64,000 nt of DNA from a virus (IMGVR_UViG_3300036781_000838:31135-95134), one strand, 5' to 3'. Positions 40,398 through 49,501 are shown, numbered from the stretch's first letter. The notes: a model not told the origin generated them from the letters alone. Made by a program: numbers and translations.

Positions 40398-40843
40398 GAT
40401 TTAAAACAATTTGATTGCATATCACGGGTGTAATATTTGCCGGCGATGTTGCCATTATAGCTTCTTACGGTGAGAACATCGAAGTTTATCATATACTTCA
40501 GTTCCAGGTATCCAAGAAACTTTGGAGAGCAGGAGAGGGCGATGATTTCCCTGGTAAAGTCCTGCTCTCCTTTTTCTTTGACATCTTTTTGTAGATCTGT
40601 GGAGGATGACCAATACGACAACCAGTCCGATTCCTTTCTTACCAGTTGATATGTTTTCTTTCGCTTGTCGGCTGATAACTCATTTTTTCGCAGGGCCTTC
40701 TTTCTACTGGAATAAAAATGCTTTTTGCCAATGTAAATTGAACCAGTCTTCGTATTTGTTATTTTGTAAATAAACCCAAAGAGTGCTTCGGGCTGGGGAA
40801 GATCGTCTAAGGATTCGACCGTCCTAGAGTTGTAGAGCCACAT
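40394..40843 (-). CDS. GIY-YIG family nuclease-like protein
   Basis: GFIYKIT...IYIGKK; Y-W-S-S segment; C-terminal E and YN. Confidence 0.75.
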   Translation of the reverse strand: MWLYNSRTVESLDDLPQPEALFGFIYKITNTKTGSIYIGKKHFYSSRKKALRKNELSADKRKKTYQLVRKESDWLSYWSSSTDLQKDVKEKGEQDFTREIIALSCSPKFLGYLELKYMINFDVLTVRSYNGNIAGKYYTRDMQSNCFKS

Positions 40844-40859
40844 TTTTTCATAGGTTGTT

Positions 40860-41486
40860 CTACAAAACTACAAACTTTTGTTTTTCGACCGTCAAACAGA
40901 AATCAATTAAGTTATCGACATATTGGCGACGTTCGGTCAATGTCTTGAAACTTGGTAGCTTGATCCGATCTCCCACTAATTTCGAAATGTCATCAGAAAA
41001 TATAATATCCCCTTTATGGTCCTCGATTAGTGTTTCAACAATAACCTGGATTGGTCGAAAGGGTTTTGTTCGTATAATTTTAGAGATATAAAATTTGACG
41101 TCGATGTCAGTCCAATCATCATTATTAGGTATGGTAATGATGAAAAGCGGCGAAATTCCCTTTGTTTGGTCATCAAATAATCCTATAAATCCTTTCCCCA
41201 TTAGGTATACTTCACCGCCGTAATTCAGCTTCATTAAGATATGGGCTGTATTAATTATTTCCATCACCTTGTCTTTGTTAAGAGTCCTTTCCCGAAACTG
41301 AGTTGCTTCAGTGAACATTAAAAATCCTTCTTTATGGTATCCTGAAGGTTCCTTATAAATTAATGCAACTTCCTGAGAGGCAGCAGTGAATAAAAGGGCT
41401 GAAGGTTGTGGTGAACTATAGTTATACTGATTTCTTCTTGCGAAGGGGAATTTCGTTAATTGGTCAGAAAAGCGGTAGTCTATCAT
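40860..41486 (-). CDS. Hypothetical protein translationally coupled to the E1 gene
   Basis: ATGA overlap at 41483-41486. Confidence 0.6.
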   Translation of the reverse strand: MIDYRFSDQLTKFPFARRNQYNYSSPQPSALLFTAASQEVALIYKEPSGYHKEGFLMFTEATQFRERTLNKDKVMEIINTAHILMKLNYGGEVYLMGKGFIGLFDDQTKGISPLFIITIPNNDDWTDIDVKFYISKIIRTKPFRPIQVIVETLIEDHKGDIIFSDDISKLVGDRIKLPSFKTLTERRQYVDNLIDFCLTVEKQKFVVL

Positions 41487-42184
41487 AGCATAAGGTTGAG
41501 TGGGGCAATATATTCCCAGAAGTGTGGTACCGCCCGCATTGGAGTATCAGAATTTGCATTTGTAATCCAATTTGTCAGAAATCCAACCATGTGCCCGGCT
41601 ATCATCGCTGCGCAATGGGTAGTTTGCGAGAAGGTACATGGTTGTGGAGGTACTTCATCACCATTAAAGAGATGAGTGGATTCATATTCTTCAATAAATG
41701 CATAATCGTCCCCTGGTATGTTGAATATCTGTAGTAATTCTGCATTTAGGCGACCGTCCTGGAAGAAACAATATTTCCTTTGACTTTCAGGTATAAGCAT
41801 GAGAAATTCGCGCCATTTTCTGAAAGCTAATTTTCTTGCTTCCATATTGTCAAACCCGCATATCATTATATTGCTAACGGAACTATCCTCCTTATACATT
41901 CCGTCGGATTCTACTGTAGCATCCGGCGAGAACTCTTTGATGATTTCAGTCACAGCATCTGTTTTCCTTTTGTTAATATCCTTGGCTCTCACAAGCTGAC
42001 CACTCATATTGTGTTGCTCAAAACGGTCGTGGTCAAATAAATATAGGTTACAACCTATCCTGCTGATAAGTAGGGAAGTCCATGAACCGATTCCTCCTTG
42101 ACCAAGGACCATAATGTCCTTTTTATGAAGAAGGGAGAACCATTCACCTCCTTTTACTCTTCCATACTGTGCTGCTACTTCCAT
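41483..42184 (-). CDS. E1-like ThiF/MoeB family adenylyltransferase
   Basis: LGQGGIGSW, DHDRFEQHNMSGQ, K, FDNMEAR, DGR; candidate thioester Cys in QPCTF (41636-41638). Confidence 0.9.
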   Translation of the reverse strand: MEVAAQYGRVKGGEWFSLLHKKDIMVLGQGGIGSWTSLLISRIGCNLYLFDHDRFEQHNMSGQLVRAKDINKRKTDAVTEIIKEFSPDATVESDGMYKEDSSVSNIMICGFDNMEARKLAFRKWREFLMLIPESQRKYCFFQDGRLNAELLQIFNIPGDDYAFIEEYESTHLFNGDEVPPQPCTFSQTTHCAAMIAGHMVGFLTNWITNANSDTPMRAVPHFWEYIAPLNLML

Positions 42185-42186
42185 TG

Positions 42187-43359
42187 TTATTGTATTTCAA
42201 GATTAAAAATGTCTAATAATTCTGTCGTTAATTCTGGGTAGATATGCGAAAACCCTTTATCAAGCGCCAATGTTACCTCGGTAATTACATCGATCAAGGA
42301 TTCGAGTTTATTATCTTCAGGAAAGATGCTAATATAAAATTCGGAGACACGTACAGCTATCTCTTCAATATGTACATAAAATCCATTATTCTTAAATTGC
42401 TTTTCGGACAACACCTTCATTGTAGCACTCAAGCTTCCTTCGTACAAATGGTCGAGATTCAGCAATTTTACAAGGAATGAATATGTCGATCTACTCAGCG
42501 CGGGTTCTTTTAGGGGTATATTTTTCTGTTTATTTGTGAACGGTCCCTTTTTTCCCTTTGTACCGGGCAAAGTAAACTCATCCCCATCCCAGCCCGACCA
42601 CATATCACCTTGTTTTTTTGAGGATTTGTTGTTTCCTTGTTTTGAGCCGAATTTACTTCTGGAGATTTGTGATTCAGCGGCTTTATTTTTTATAATTTCA
42701 TCAAACCGTTCAGATAGCAGGCTATCAATGATAGGCGGTTTGCTGATCTCGCAGTGATAAAAATGAACGGATGTTTTTTCTACTGTTTCATGCACAGTAC
42801 GGGACTGTTCATTGCCTGAAGAATCATAATATAAGAGTTTCGACTCAATGGCGGAATGCTCTTTGACCCTAAAAGCTACCTTGGCCATCATCTCGTTGGC
42901 ATTGTTTATGATGAGAGAAAGGTAGTAATTATGAAATTCCGAGTTTTTGATTAACTCCTTATCATCAGTATCTGAAAAGAATACACTCATCGTGTGGTGC
43001 GAATGTATGTGCCCGATTTTCATATCCATTAAAGCTGGATTTGCCATAAGAATATTAACAAATTCAGGAGTGTATTCGTAAGTGGTGAAGACATCATTCC
43101 CAATGTCTTGAAGGAATAAGTATTCCGCCGAAATTAGACACTTGTCATCCCCAAACTCCCCCTCAGTGATACTGTAAAACAAGGTTCCTGACCATTCAAT
43201 GTTATGCACTCTTGAGCATAGGTAAAGAATTTGACTCTGTAACTGGTGACTCAACACTATAGACACCTTCTGTTTTAATGCCTTTAAATGCAAAACTGGC
43301 CTTGGTGAGTTCTCTGGAGAGGCGGGAGCAGATATATCGGGTGATCGAAGGGTTTGCAT
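42187..43359 (-). CDS. JAB/JAMM (MPN+) metallopeptidase with C-terminal extension
   Basis: EWSG...GHIHSHHTMSVFFSDTD = E-x(n)-HxH-x7-S-x2-D; start is uncertain (158-nt overlap with the upstream ORF). Confidence 0.88.
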   Translation of the reverse strand: MQTLRSPDISAPASPENSPRPVLHLKALKQKVSIVLSHQLQSQILYLCSRVHNIEWSGTLFYSITEGEFGDDKCLISAEYLFLQDIGNDVFTTYEYTPEFVNILMANPALMDMKIGHIHSHHTMSVFFSDTDDKELIKNSEFHNYYLSLIINNANEMMAKVAFRVKEHSAIESKLLYYDSSGNEQSRTVHETVEKTSVHFYHCEISKPPIIDSLLSERFDEIIKNKAAESQISRSKFGSKQGNNKSSKKQGDMWSGWDGDEFTLPGTKGKKGPFTNKQKNIPLKEPALSRSTYSFLVKLLNLDHLYEGSLSATMKVLSEKQFKNNGFYVHIEEIAVRVSEFYISIFPEDNKLESLIDVITEVTLALDKGFSHIYPELTTELLDIFNLEIQ

Positions 43360-44350
43360 AATATAAGTTTTTATCCTCTATTTCTGGAGGGTTGATAATT
43401 GACAATTTCTTTTTTTCTCCTTTGAAGGTTATCAAGACTTCAGGAGTATATGTAATCGAAGTTTCTGAGGTGATGTTCGTATATTTACCGTCACTGGTTT
43501 TATATGCAAACAAATGGGTCAAAGGCACATTTCTTAATGGGCCATTGGCACTACTCGCCATTCCTTTTAATCGTTTTAAGTATTTGGCCAGCTCCTTTTC
43601 AAAATTATCCGTTGGATCTACATCGATCCTTTTAGATACAACTATTCGTAAATGGGATCTTATGTCATCAATGCTATGGGTATTCAGGAAATGTGTATAT
43701 ATGTAAGACAATTGAGGAAGATATTGGTCATCTAGGGCAACTACTATAGTGTCAGTTCCTATGTTGCTAATATATTCATAAGGTGTGCCTTCAATGGATT
43801 CATACGCCAAATAGCTTTGTATTTGGTAACAAAACATTTCGAAGTTAATCTCATCATATTCCTCTCTTAATGCATTGGTTACATCGTTAATGGGACCCGT
43901 ACCGGTACAGAAGTTGCTGAATTTCGTGCATCGATCATTCAGATGCGAATGAGTATATTCGGAAACCCATTCGTTTTTGCTAAAAGTTGTCCTCATACCT
44001 TGTAAGTCGCCATGCAGTCTAAGGGTTGTTGTTAAATGAAAGGATACATATATGTCTTTAATAACATGAGAGTTTCCTTGTGCATTTGCTATTATCAGCT
44101 CCGGGAAATATAGGATGACTTTATACCGTATTAACTTTTTGACAACACTTGCAAAGTATGCTGAGAATTCCTCCCTATAAGGGGAACCTTGTTGAAGCTG
44201 GCTTACTAGGTTTTCCCGAATGATCTGATTGTTTGCTTCTCCGAATACCCTGTTAAGCGTAAGCTTTATCTTGGTTAAAGATTCCTTATTCCTTTCATCA
44301 ACCAGTTTTACCGTTTCCTCAACCAGGAGGATATTTCTATCTTGGGGCAT
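43202..44350 (-). CDS. E2 (UBC-fold)-like conjugating enzyme, putative
   Basis: YTHSHL...SNFCTGTGP resembles the E2 HPN/HPH...C-xG active site (Cys at 43907-43909); located between the Ubl and JAB genes. Confidence 0.68.
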   Translation of the reverse strand: MPQDRNILLVEETVKLVDERNKESLTKIKLTLNRVFGEANNQIIRENLVSQLQQGSPYREEFSAYFASVVKKLIRYKVILYFPELIIANAQGNSHVIKDIYVSFHLTTTLRLHGDLQGMRTTFSKNEWVSEYTHSHLNDRCTKFSNFCTGTGPINDVTNALREEYDEINFEMFCYQIQSYLAYESIEGTPYEYISNIGTDTIVVALDDQYLPQLSYIYTHFLNTHSIDDIRSHLRIVVSKRIDVDPTDNFEKELAKYLKRLKGMASSANGPLRNVPLTHLFAYKTSDGKYTNITSETSITYTPEVLITFKGEKKKLSIINPPEIEDKNLYYANPSITRYICSRLSRELTKASFAFKGIKTEGVYSVESPVTESNSLPMLKSA

Positions 44351-44366
44351 GTCATATGTGTTAGAT

Positions 44367-44396
44367 TAAAAGGAGGTATATTTCAACCTCCTTTTA
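44367..44396 (-). terminator. Intra-operon terminator-like hairpin between the Ubl and E2 genes
   Basis: TAAAAGGAGGT-atatttca-ACCTCCTTTTA, perfect 11-bp stem. Confidence 0.65.
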
Positions 44397-44404
44397 CCTT
44401 TGAA

Positions 44405-44965
44405 CTAAGAATTCAGACTATTTGCAATCCTGGCAGCTTCATCCACAAGGAAGGTCTGTTCCGGATCATTGTGTCCAGCCTCGTTATTTTCGCTATTTTC
44501 CTCCATATTATCAAGGAGGTTTAATACTGCGTTGGCCTGGTGTTGTGTTTGCTCGCTCCCTTTGATGATTAGATTCAAGCGAACTCGCATTTCTTCTTTA
44601 CTGTTGTCGAATTGGAATTCTTCTACATCATCTTCTTCGTAGTTGAAATTTTCGGCTGTTCCTTGTTCATCACCATTGCCATCATCCCCGTTGTCGTCAT
44701 CCGTATCAGGCCAATTGCCACTATCGACTTTGACGGGATATAAGAACAGGTAAAAATCTTCAACGGGTAAAACAGCAAGTGAGCTGTCGAGGGTTACTTT
44801 GGACCCTCCGACAATCATTCTCATGTTTTTTACGCTAATGCCTTGTGAAGACATTTCCGATACAAGGTCTCCTTTGATAGCGGCTGCTGATTCCAGCACT
44901 CTTTTGTTTTTACCTACGTTGTTGACAACTGTAATTCTTCTTGTCTGAATTGCTACTGTATCCAT
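44405..44965 (-). CDS. Ubiquitin-like (beta-grasp) protein precursor with acidic C-terminal extension
   Basis: Residues 1-83 show a strand-strand-helix-strand...LP...strand pattern ending FLYPVKVDSG (Gly83 at 44717-44719), then about 100 D/E/N-rich residues; first gene of the E2-JAB-E1 string. Confidence 0.68.
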   Translation of the reverse strand: MDTVAIQTRRITVVNNVGKNKRVLESAAAIKGDLVSEMSSQGISVKNMRMIVGGSKVTLDSSLAVLPVEDFYLFLYPVKVDSGNWPDTDDDNGDDGNGDEQGTAENFNYEEDDVEEFQFDNSKEEMRVRLNLIIKGSEQTQHQANAVLNLLDNMEENSENNEAGHNDPEQTFLVDEAARIANSLNS

Positions 44966-44997
44966 TGTTTGATTTTTAGTGTATGTTTTGATTTCGA

Positions 44998-45429
44998 CTA
45001 TGCGAAAATGTCAATTTCTTCCTCCACGCTGGCTACAGGAGCTGCTGCGGGAGCTACAGTCGGTACAGGTCCAGGTGTAGCTGTGGGTGCTATTGCACGA
45101 GCTGCCCCGGGAGTAGGTTGCCTGTTTGTCGATACTACCGAGTTAATTTGTGCCTGGAACGCCGGCGCCCCTTGTTGTCCTGGCGTATCATCTTCAATTA
45201 TCAGTGTCGCCGCGGGTGCTTCGACATCATCAATGATCTCGATGGTTTTGAACTGTGTTTTTACGCGCTTTACTTTAGCATGCGAAAAGATGGACTTGAG
45301 GTCAGCTGTACTTAGTGCTAAAACCGTTTCTATGCTCATACCTGGTTCAACTGCGTCCACCTCCCAACGTGTGTAACCTGATTTTAGAAGACCAAGAATT
45401 TCGGAAATCTTTACTTGTTTGATAGGCAT
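44998..45429 (-). CDS. Hypothetical protein: small N-terminal domain, P/A/T-rich linker, acidic-aromatic tip
   Basis: Ends in EEEIDIFA; lies between the primase and Ubl genes. Confidence 0.6.
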   Translation of the reverse strand: MPIKQVKISEILGLLKSGYTRWEVDAVEPGMSIETVLALSTADLKSIFSHAKVKRVKTQFKTIEIIDDVEAPAATLIIEDDTPGQQGAPAFQAQINSVVSTNRQPTPGAARAIAPTATPGPVPTVAPAAAPVASVEEEIDIFA

Positions 45430-45471
45430 AATAATTTAATATTTTAATTTCTTGAACTGTGTTACTGACGA

Positions 45472-46437
45472 TCATTCATTCAATTTCCTGTCAATTAGGG
45501 GAACCAGCCATTGCTTTGTCTTCTGTGCCCCATATACCTTGATATGATCACTCAAATCTTTTTCCCCGTAGTTAAGGAATACGGGAGTGATGCCATATTT
45601 GTCCTGGTATTTATAAGCAGCCTTTTGACCAGCACTATCATTATCAAATAGGACCAGAACCTTTTGATAGGTATTAATATCCAGCTCTACCACGGATTGA
45701 GGAAGAAACGTATTTTCTGAGTCCGGGGCTTTGCTGTCCAGGTTCAACCTGAGTGAAATCAGGGACATCAAATCTTTAAGGGAGGATGAATAGACCAGGA
45801 ATGGTCTATTCATTGTCTGCTCTGACCCTTGTATATGGTCACCTACCTTAATAAATTTGAGATTGTCAACCTTGGGCTGGTATATCTTAAAGAGTTGACC
45901 ATTCCTTTTGAAATAGCCGTAGATATGGTTGCCGGTAATGGTCATATCCTCCAGGTCACGGGTCATCGTGTAGGACTCCAGTGGCTTTACTATGAATTCC
46001 GTAAGTAGCGTGGATCCGATGTTGTACCCGATCCAGTAGTCCTTATCCAGCAAATTCCATTTCCGGGGCTCATGGCTGGTTACCTTATATTTGCTTTGCT
46101 GTGTATATTCAGGGATGATGATATTCCCCGAACTGTTCTTTCGCCAAATGTTATAATCGTTGACAATTTTTGTGCAAGTACTGTGAAAGTCAAGGCCGTA
46201 TTTAAGTTTAACCAGGGTTAGGCAGTCTCCTTTATTACCACTGGAAAAGTCATTAAACAGGTATTTCCCGTTTTTTAGGAAGAAACCCATGGAGGGTGTT
46301 TTCTCTTCGGTAAAAATTGATTTTATCTTGAACTCAGTCCCATTGAATTGATCCAGTGGAACACCACAATAATTTGAGAATACCCAGGCATCAGGCACAT
46401 CTTTGGCTTCGAATATTAGATTTTTTGCAGATAACAT
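45472..46437 (-). CDS. DNA primase (crAss-type, TOPRIM)
   Basis: EKTPSM...FNDFSSG N-terminal domain; SLKD, FDNDSAG and KDLSD motifs. Confidence 0.85.
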   Translation of the reverse strand: MLSAKNLIFEAKDVPDAWVFSNYCGVPLDQFNGTEFKIKSIFTEEKTPSMGFFLKNGKYLFNDFSSGNKGDCLTLVKLKYGLDFHSTCTKIVNDYNIWRKNSSGNIIIPEYTQQSKYKVTSHEPRKWNLLDKDYWIGYNIGSTLLTEFIVKPLESYTMTRDLEDMTITGNHIYGYFKRNGQLFKIYQPKVDNLKFIKVGDHIQGSEQTMNRPFLVYSSSLKDLMSLISLRLNLDSKAPDSENTFLPQSVVELDINTYQKVLVLFDNDSAGQKAAYKYQDKYGITPVFLNYGEKDLSDHIKVYGAQKTKQWLVPLIDRKLNE

Positions 46438-46450
46438 AGGATACGAATAA

Positions 46451-46476
46451 AAAGGGATGCTATTTCACACCCCTTT
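46451..46476 (-). terminator. Terminator-like hairpin after the SSB-like gene
   Basis: AAAGGG...CCCTTT with a T-run on the - strand; imperfect stem. Confidence 0.45.
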
Positions 46477-46496
46477 AGCTTACCAGGTAGAAAGAT

Positions 46497-47180
46497 CTAT
46501 ATTTCGTGTTCGTCAGCGCCCAATCCGGGGATATCGAAATCATCCGTTGCCACCGGTTCAAATTGTTCGACTGTTTCAACCGCTTCTTTCTTTTTCCGGA
46601 CGATATGTTTAGCTGCGTCGTACTTAATTACATCGTCCTCTAAGGTGCCAAACGAATACTTTTTCTGCTTGAAGTCATTTTTTACCAGGAATAGGCTGTA
46701 ATTAGTGTATCCTGCCTTTTCGTATTCCTTACCACCCAAACACCAGTGTAGCCAGGCATCCTTACTGCAGAGGACTTTGGTGGCCATTTCGATGTATTCT
46801 TCAATCGAATTAGCCTCAAGGCTATTGATTTCATCGTCTTTACCGATGGATTTTCCCAGGGTGGAGATAAATTTGAGGATTTCAACGTCGCGTTCGATCT
46901 TGCGCCCATTAACCTCTGCATCTTTAAAGGAATATTGGCCGGCAGCAACTGTCCCAATCTGTCCTTTGTAGCGACCCTTGGTTTGGTTGTCGGGATCCTT
47001 AAAGAACCCTTCAAAACTCTCTCCCAGGTCGGCGCCCTCGATATGGACCTTCACAATTAACCCACCGTCGTTGAACTTATCGGTTTCGTAGGTGATATTG
47101 TTAAGTTTTGCGAAGACGTTTCCAGGTTTAAACGTTTTAGAAATACCAGCTGCCGGAATGTTCTTTGTACTTAAGGCCAT
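46497..47180 (-). CDS. Putative single-stranded DNA-binding protein
   Basis: Beta-rich, aromatic, with acidic tail (TDDFDIPGLGADEHEI); between the annealase and primase genes. Confidence 0.55.
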   Translation of the reverse strand: MALSTKNIPAAGISKTFKPGNVFAKLNNITYETDKFNDGGLIVKVHIEGADLGESFEGFFKDPDNQTKGRYKGQIGTVAAGQYSFKDAEVNGRKIERDVEILKFISTLGKSIGKDDEINSLEANSIEEYIEMATKVLCSKDAWLHWCLGGKEYEKAGYTNYSLFLVKNDFKQKKYSFGTLEDDVIKYDAAKHIVRKKKEAVETVEQFEPVATDDFDIPGLGADEHEI

Positions 47181-47206
47181 AGTGTTATTGTTTTGTTGAG
47201 TTTATA

Positions 47207-47833
47207 TTAATTGCTAAGTATTTCAGCTTCAGTATCTACTACTTCGACAATGTGCCCATCCTCGTCCCGTTTAACTTTGGTATTACAGCCAAAAACGTCA
47301 AACATTTCTTCGGTACTGTATAATCCCAGGAGGAGATCTGAGCCAATACGATTTGCCCCCTTTGATAGGCACCTGGCCCAGAGCATTTCCTTTGGCATCT
47401 TAATCCAATTTGATTTTGAAGTAAGTTCCTGGGCAATAGCATCAAGCCAAGTGAATGTCGTTTTTTCAACCTGGTCTCCCCGCTCAAATACAATGGTGGT
47501 ACGCCGGTCAATTGGTTTTTCCTTTTCTCTTCGAAATTCACTGGTTGACTCGTCCCGGTAAACAAAGACACCGTCTTCGGTCGTAGTATATTTCACCCCT
47601 CCTTTTCGAAGGAGCGCCCCGATAGCTTTGGCGGCTAAACTTAACTTTCCTTGTATGGGAATGATATAATGGAATGCCTGCATAGTAGCAAATCCGAGTT
47701 CCCTTCCCATTTGAGCAATTGTAAAGGCGTCTTCGACCGTTTTAACATGAACGGGCAACTTCTTGCTTTCAATTAGGGTGGCAAGGAAGTTATATTGCTT
47801 TTCGGGAATCATTAGTTGTTTATGCTCATTCAT
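47207..47833 (-). CDS. RecT/Bet-like ssDNA-annealing protein
   Basis: IIPIQGKLSL, NWIKMPKEMLWARC, LLGLYSTEEM. Confidence 0.72.
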   Translation of the reverse strand: MNEHKQLMIPEKQYNFLATLIESKKLPVHVKTVEDAFTIAQMGRELGFATMQAFHYIIPIQGKLSLAAKAIGALLRKGGVKYTTTEDGVFVYRDESTSEFRREKEKPIDRRTTIVFERGDQVEKTTFTWLDAIAQELTSKSNWIKMPKEMLWARCLSKGANRIGSDLLLGLYSTEEMFDVFGCNTKVKRDEDGHIVEVVDTEAEILSN

Positions 47834-47837
47834 ACAC

Positions 47838-48344
47838 TTACTGATTTGATTTGATCATCTCGTTTAGCCAGTTTTTCTTACTGGCTGGTTTATTTTGTAC
47901 AATGGCATATATATCGCGGATGGTAATTCTTTCAAACCCCTCATCCGTTAGGTTTCCCAAGGAGTTTTCAGCCACATCTTTACTGGTCAGATGTACTTTT
48001 TCCATTTCCTCAATAGGGACTACATACCTGATCTGCTCCCCATTGCCTTCGGTAGCCAGTTCCTGGGCGAAGTAGGGATTGTATTTGAATCTGTAAAGCG
48101 GCCTTTTTGGATCGAGAGGTGTATAATCAAAATCAATGAATTCGGTATATACATCTGTCTCTTTGTTTAACTCCGATGGAAAAAAGGTAATTACTTTACT
48201 GCCATTACGAAGTAAGACGACCTTTGGATAGTAATATGCCTGGGGCGATCCGAGGGCTTTAAAAACATCTTCATGATATACTCTCAAAGCTGATACAAGA
48301 GCCTTTCGTTCATCCGGTGATAATCTTTTTGCTAGTTGGCTCAT
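47838..48344 (-). CDS. Hypothetical phage protein
   Basis: ATGA overlap with the dnaB stop. Confidence 0.6.
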   Translation of the reverse strand: MSQLAKRLSPDERKALVSALRVYHEDVFKALGSPQAYYYPKVVLLRNGSKVITFFPSELNKETDVYTEFIDFDYTPLDPKRPLYRFKYNPYFAQELATEGNGEQIRYVVPIEEMEKVHLTSKDVAENSLGNLTDEGFERITIRDIYAIVQNKPASKKNWLNEMIKSNQ

Positions 48345-49276
48345 CTGTCAAGGATTTTCATATTAGAAAAATCTGCTGTCATGGCAGCAATCAAATTTGG
48401 AGCACCATCCCTTGCTTTTATAAAATGCCAGTAGAGATCGTTTTCTTCACAAGCCAATTTATTCGGACCGTACGTATTGGGTGCGAAATTTAGTAGTGCG
48501 GGCCTATGGTTTACCATCAATGTATCCGAACACTGGTAGACGGCATCAGAACCAAATACACAGCTCTTATCTGGATAATTGAGGATGCTCTTAGGTATCC
48601 TGCGGTCTTTATCTTCGATTACCCGGTTGAGCTGCGTGAGTGGAATTTGGGTAACAGGCAATTCCTTTTTTAACTCTATCATAGCGTCAGCCAGGTTATA
48701 GAGCATGGGAAGATGACTTAATTCGTTTTCTTCCTTTTTGAATAAGATGGTGTGGTCGGAGATGACAAAGAAAGGGACCCGCATTTTTTCATAGAATGCT
48801 CTTACGAGGAACTTGTATTGTCGAACGGTTTTCGGGTGCTCTACATAGTATATCGGATACCTGCCTAATTCATTTTTCAGGTCAACCTTTATCATCTCGA
48901 ACTTCTCATCGGAAAGCGTTAATCCTTTTGCCGACAGCAGCTCATCATTTTTGATGTTGTGCCGGCCAATAATGTTTCGAATTACGATTTGTCTTGATGG
49001 CATTTCCATATTAAAGGAAAGAACCATAAAATTCTGGTCAGGATTGAGGTCAAATAGTTCCCGTTCCAACTGGGAAGCTATTAGTGTTTTGCCTGATGAA
49101 CTCATCCCTCCAAGGGCAATTATCTTTTGCCACTCGATGCCATCAAGATGGGCGTCATTAAATTTTTTCCACGGCGTCTTGATGGATTTTATTAATCCTT
49201 GTCGCCGCCCGTCAATATATTTTAATGCTTCGTCTACCGCCTTATCTACGCGAATTAGCTCGTCAACTGGACTCAT
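48341..49276 (-). CDS. dnaB: DnaB-like replicative helicase (motor domain only)
   Basis: Walker A GMSSSGKT, FNMEM, ISDH, TQLNR, GSDAVYQCSD, KARDG. Confidence 0.88.
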   Translation of the reverse strand: MSPVDELIRVDKAVDEALKYIDGRRQGLIKSIKTPWKKFNDAHLDGIEWQKIIALGGMSSSGKTLIASQLERELFDLNPDQNFMVLSFNMEMPSRQIVIRNIIGRHNIKNDELLSAKGLTLSDEKFEMIKVDLKNELGRYPIYYVEHPKTVRQYKFLVRAFYEKMRVPFFVISDHTILFKKEENELSHLPMLYNLADAMIELKKELPVTQIPLTQLNRVIEDKDRRIPKSILNYPDKSCVFGSDAVYQCSDTLMVNHRPALLNFAPNTYGPNKLACEENDLYWHFIKARDGAPNLIAAMTADFSNMKILDR

Positions 49277-49470
49277 GATATCATTTCGCTGGCTTTTTCC
49301 TGTGCGTGGCGTATTCCGTCCTGGAGGCCGTATAAATAACCCCGTTCCCTTTCCATCTCAATCAGGATGCGCAGGGTTCCCCGGGTTATCCCTCTTATCT
49401 CTATGTCAGCCGGTATGTAGGCACATAGGGGTATTGTAAACTCTTCGTAGAGTTGATCTAACTCGTCCAT
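49273..49470 (-). CDS. Small hypothetical protein
   Basis: Overlaps the dnaB start; first ORF after a promoter. Confidence 0.55.
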   Translation of the reverse strand: MDELDQLYEEFTIPLCAYIPADIEIRGITRGTLRILIEMERERGYLYGLQDGIRHAQEKASEMIS

Positions 49471-49501
49471 AAGTATTACAATGATTTTGCTTGGGAGGAG
49501 T

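Noticed and set aside
41483-42184. ThiF as a thiamine/molybdopterin biosynthesis gene
   Set aside because: No thiG/moaE/cysteine desulfurase/rhodanese neighbours; the context is E2, JAB and Ubl
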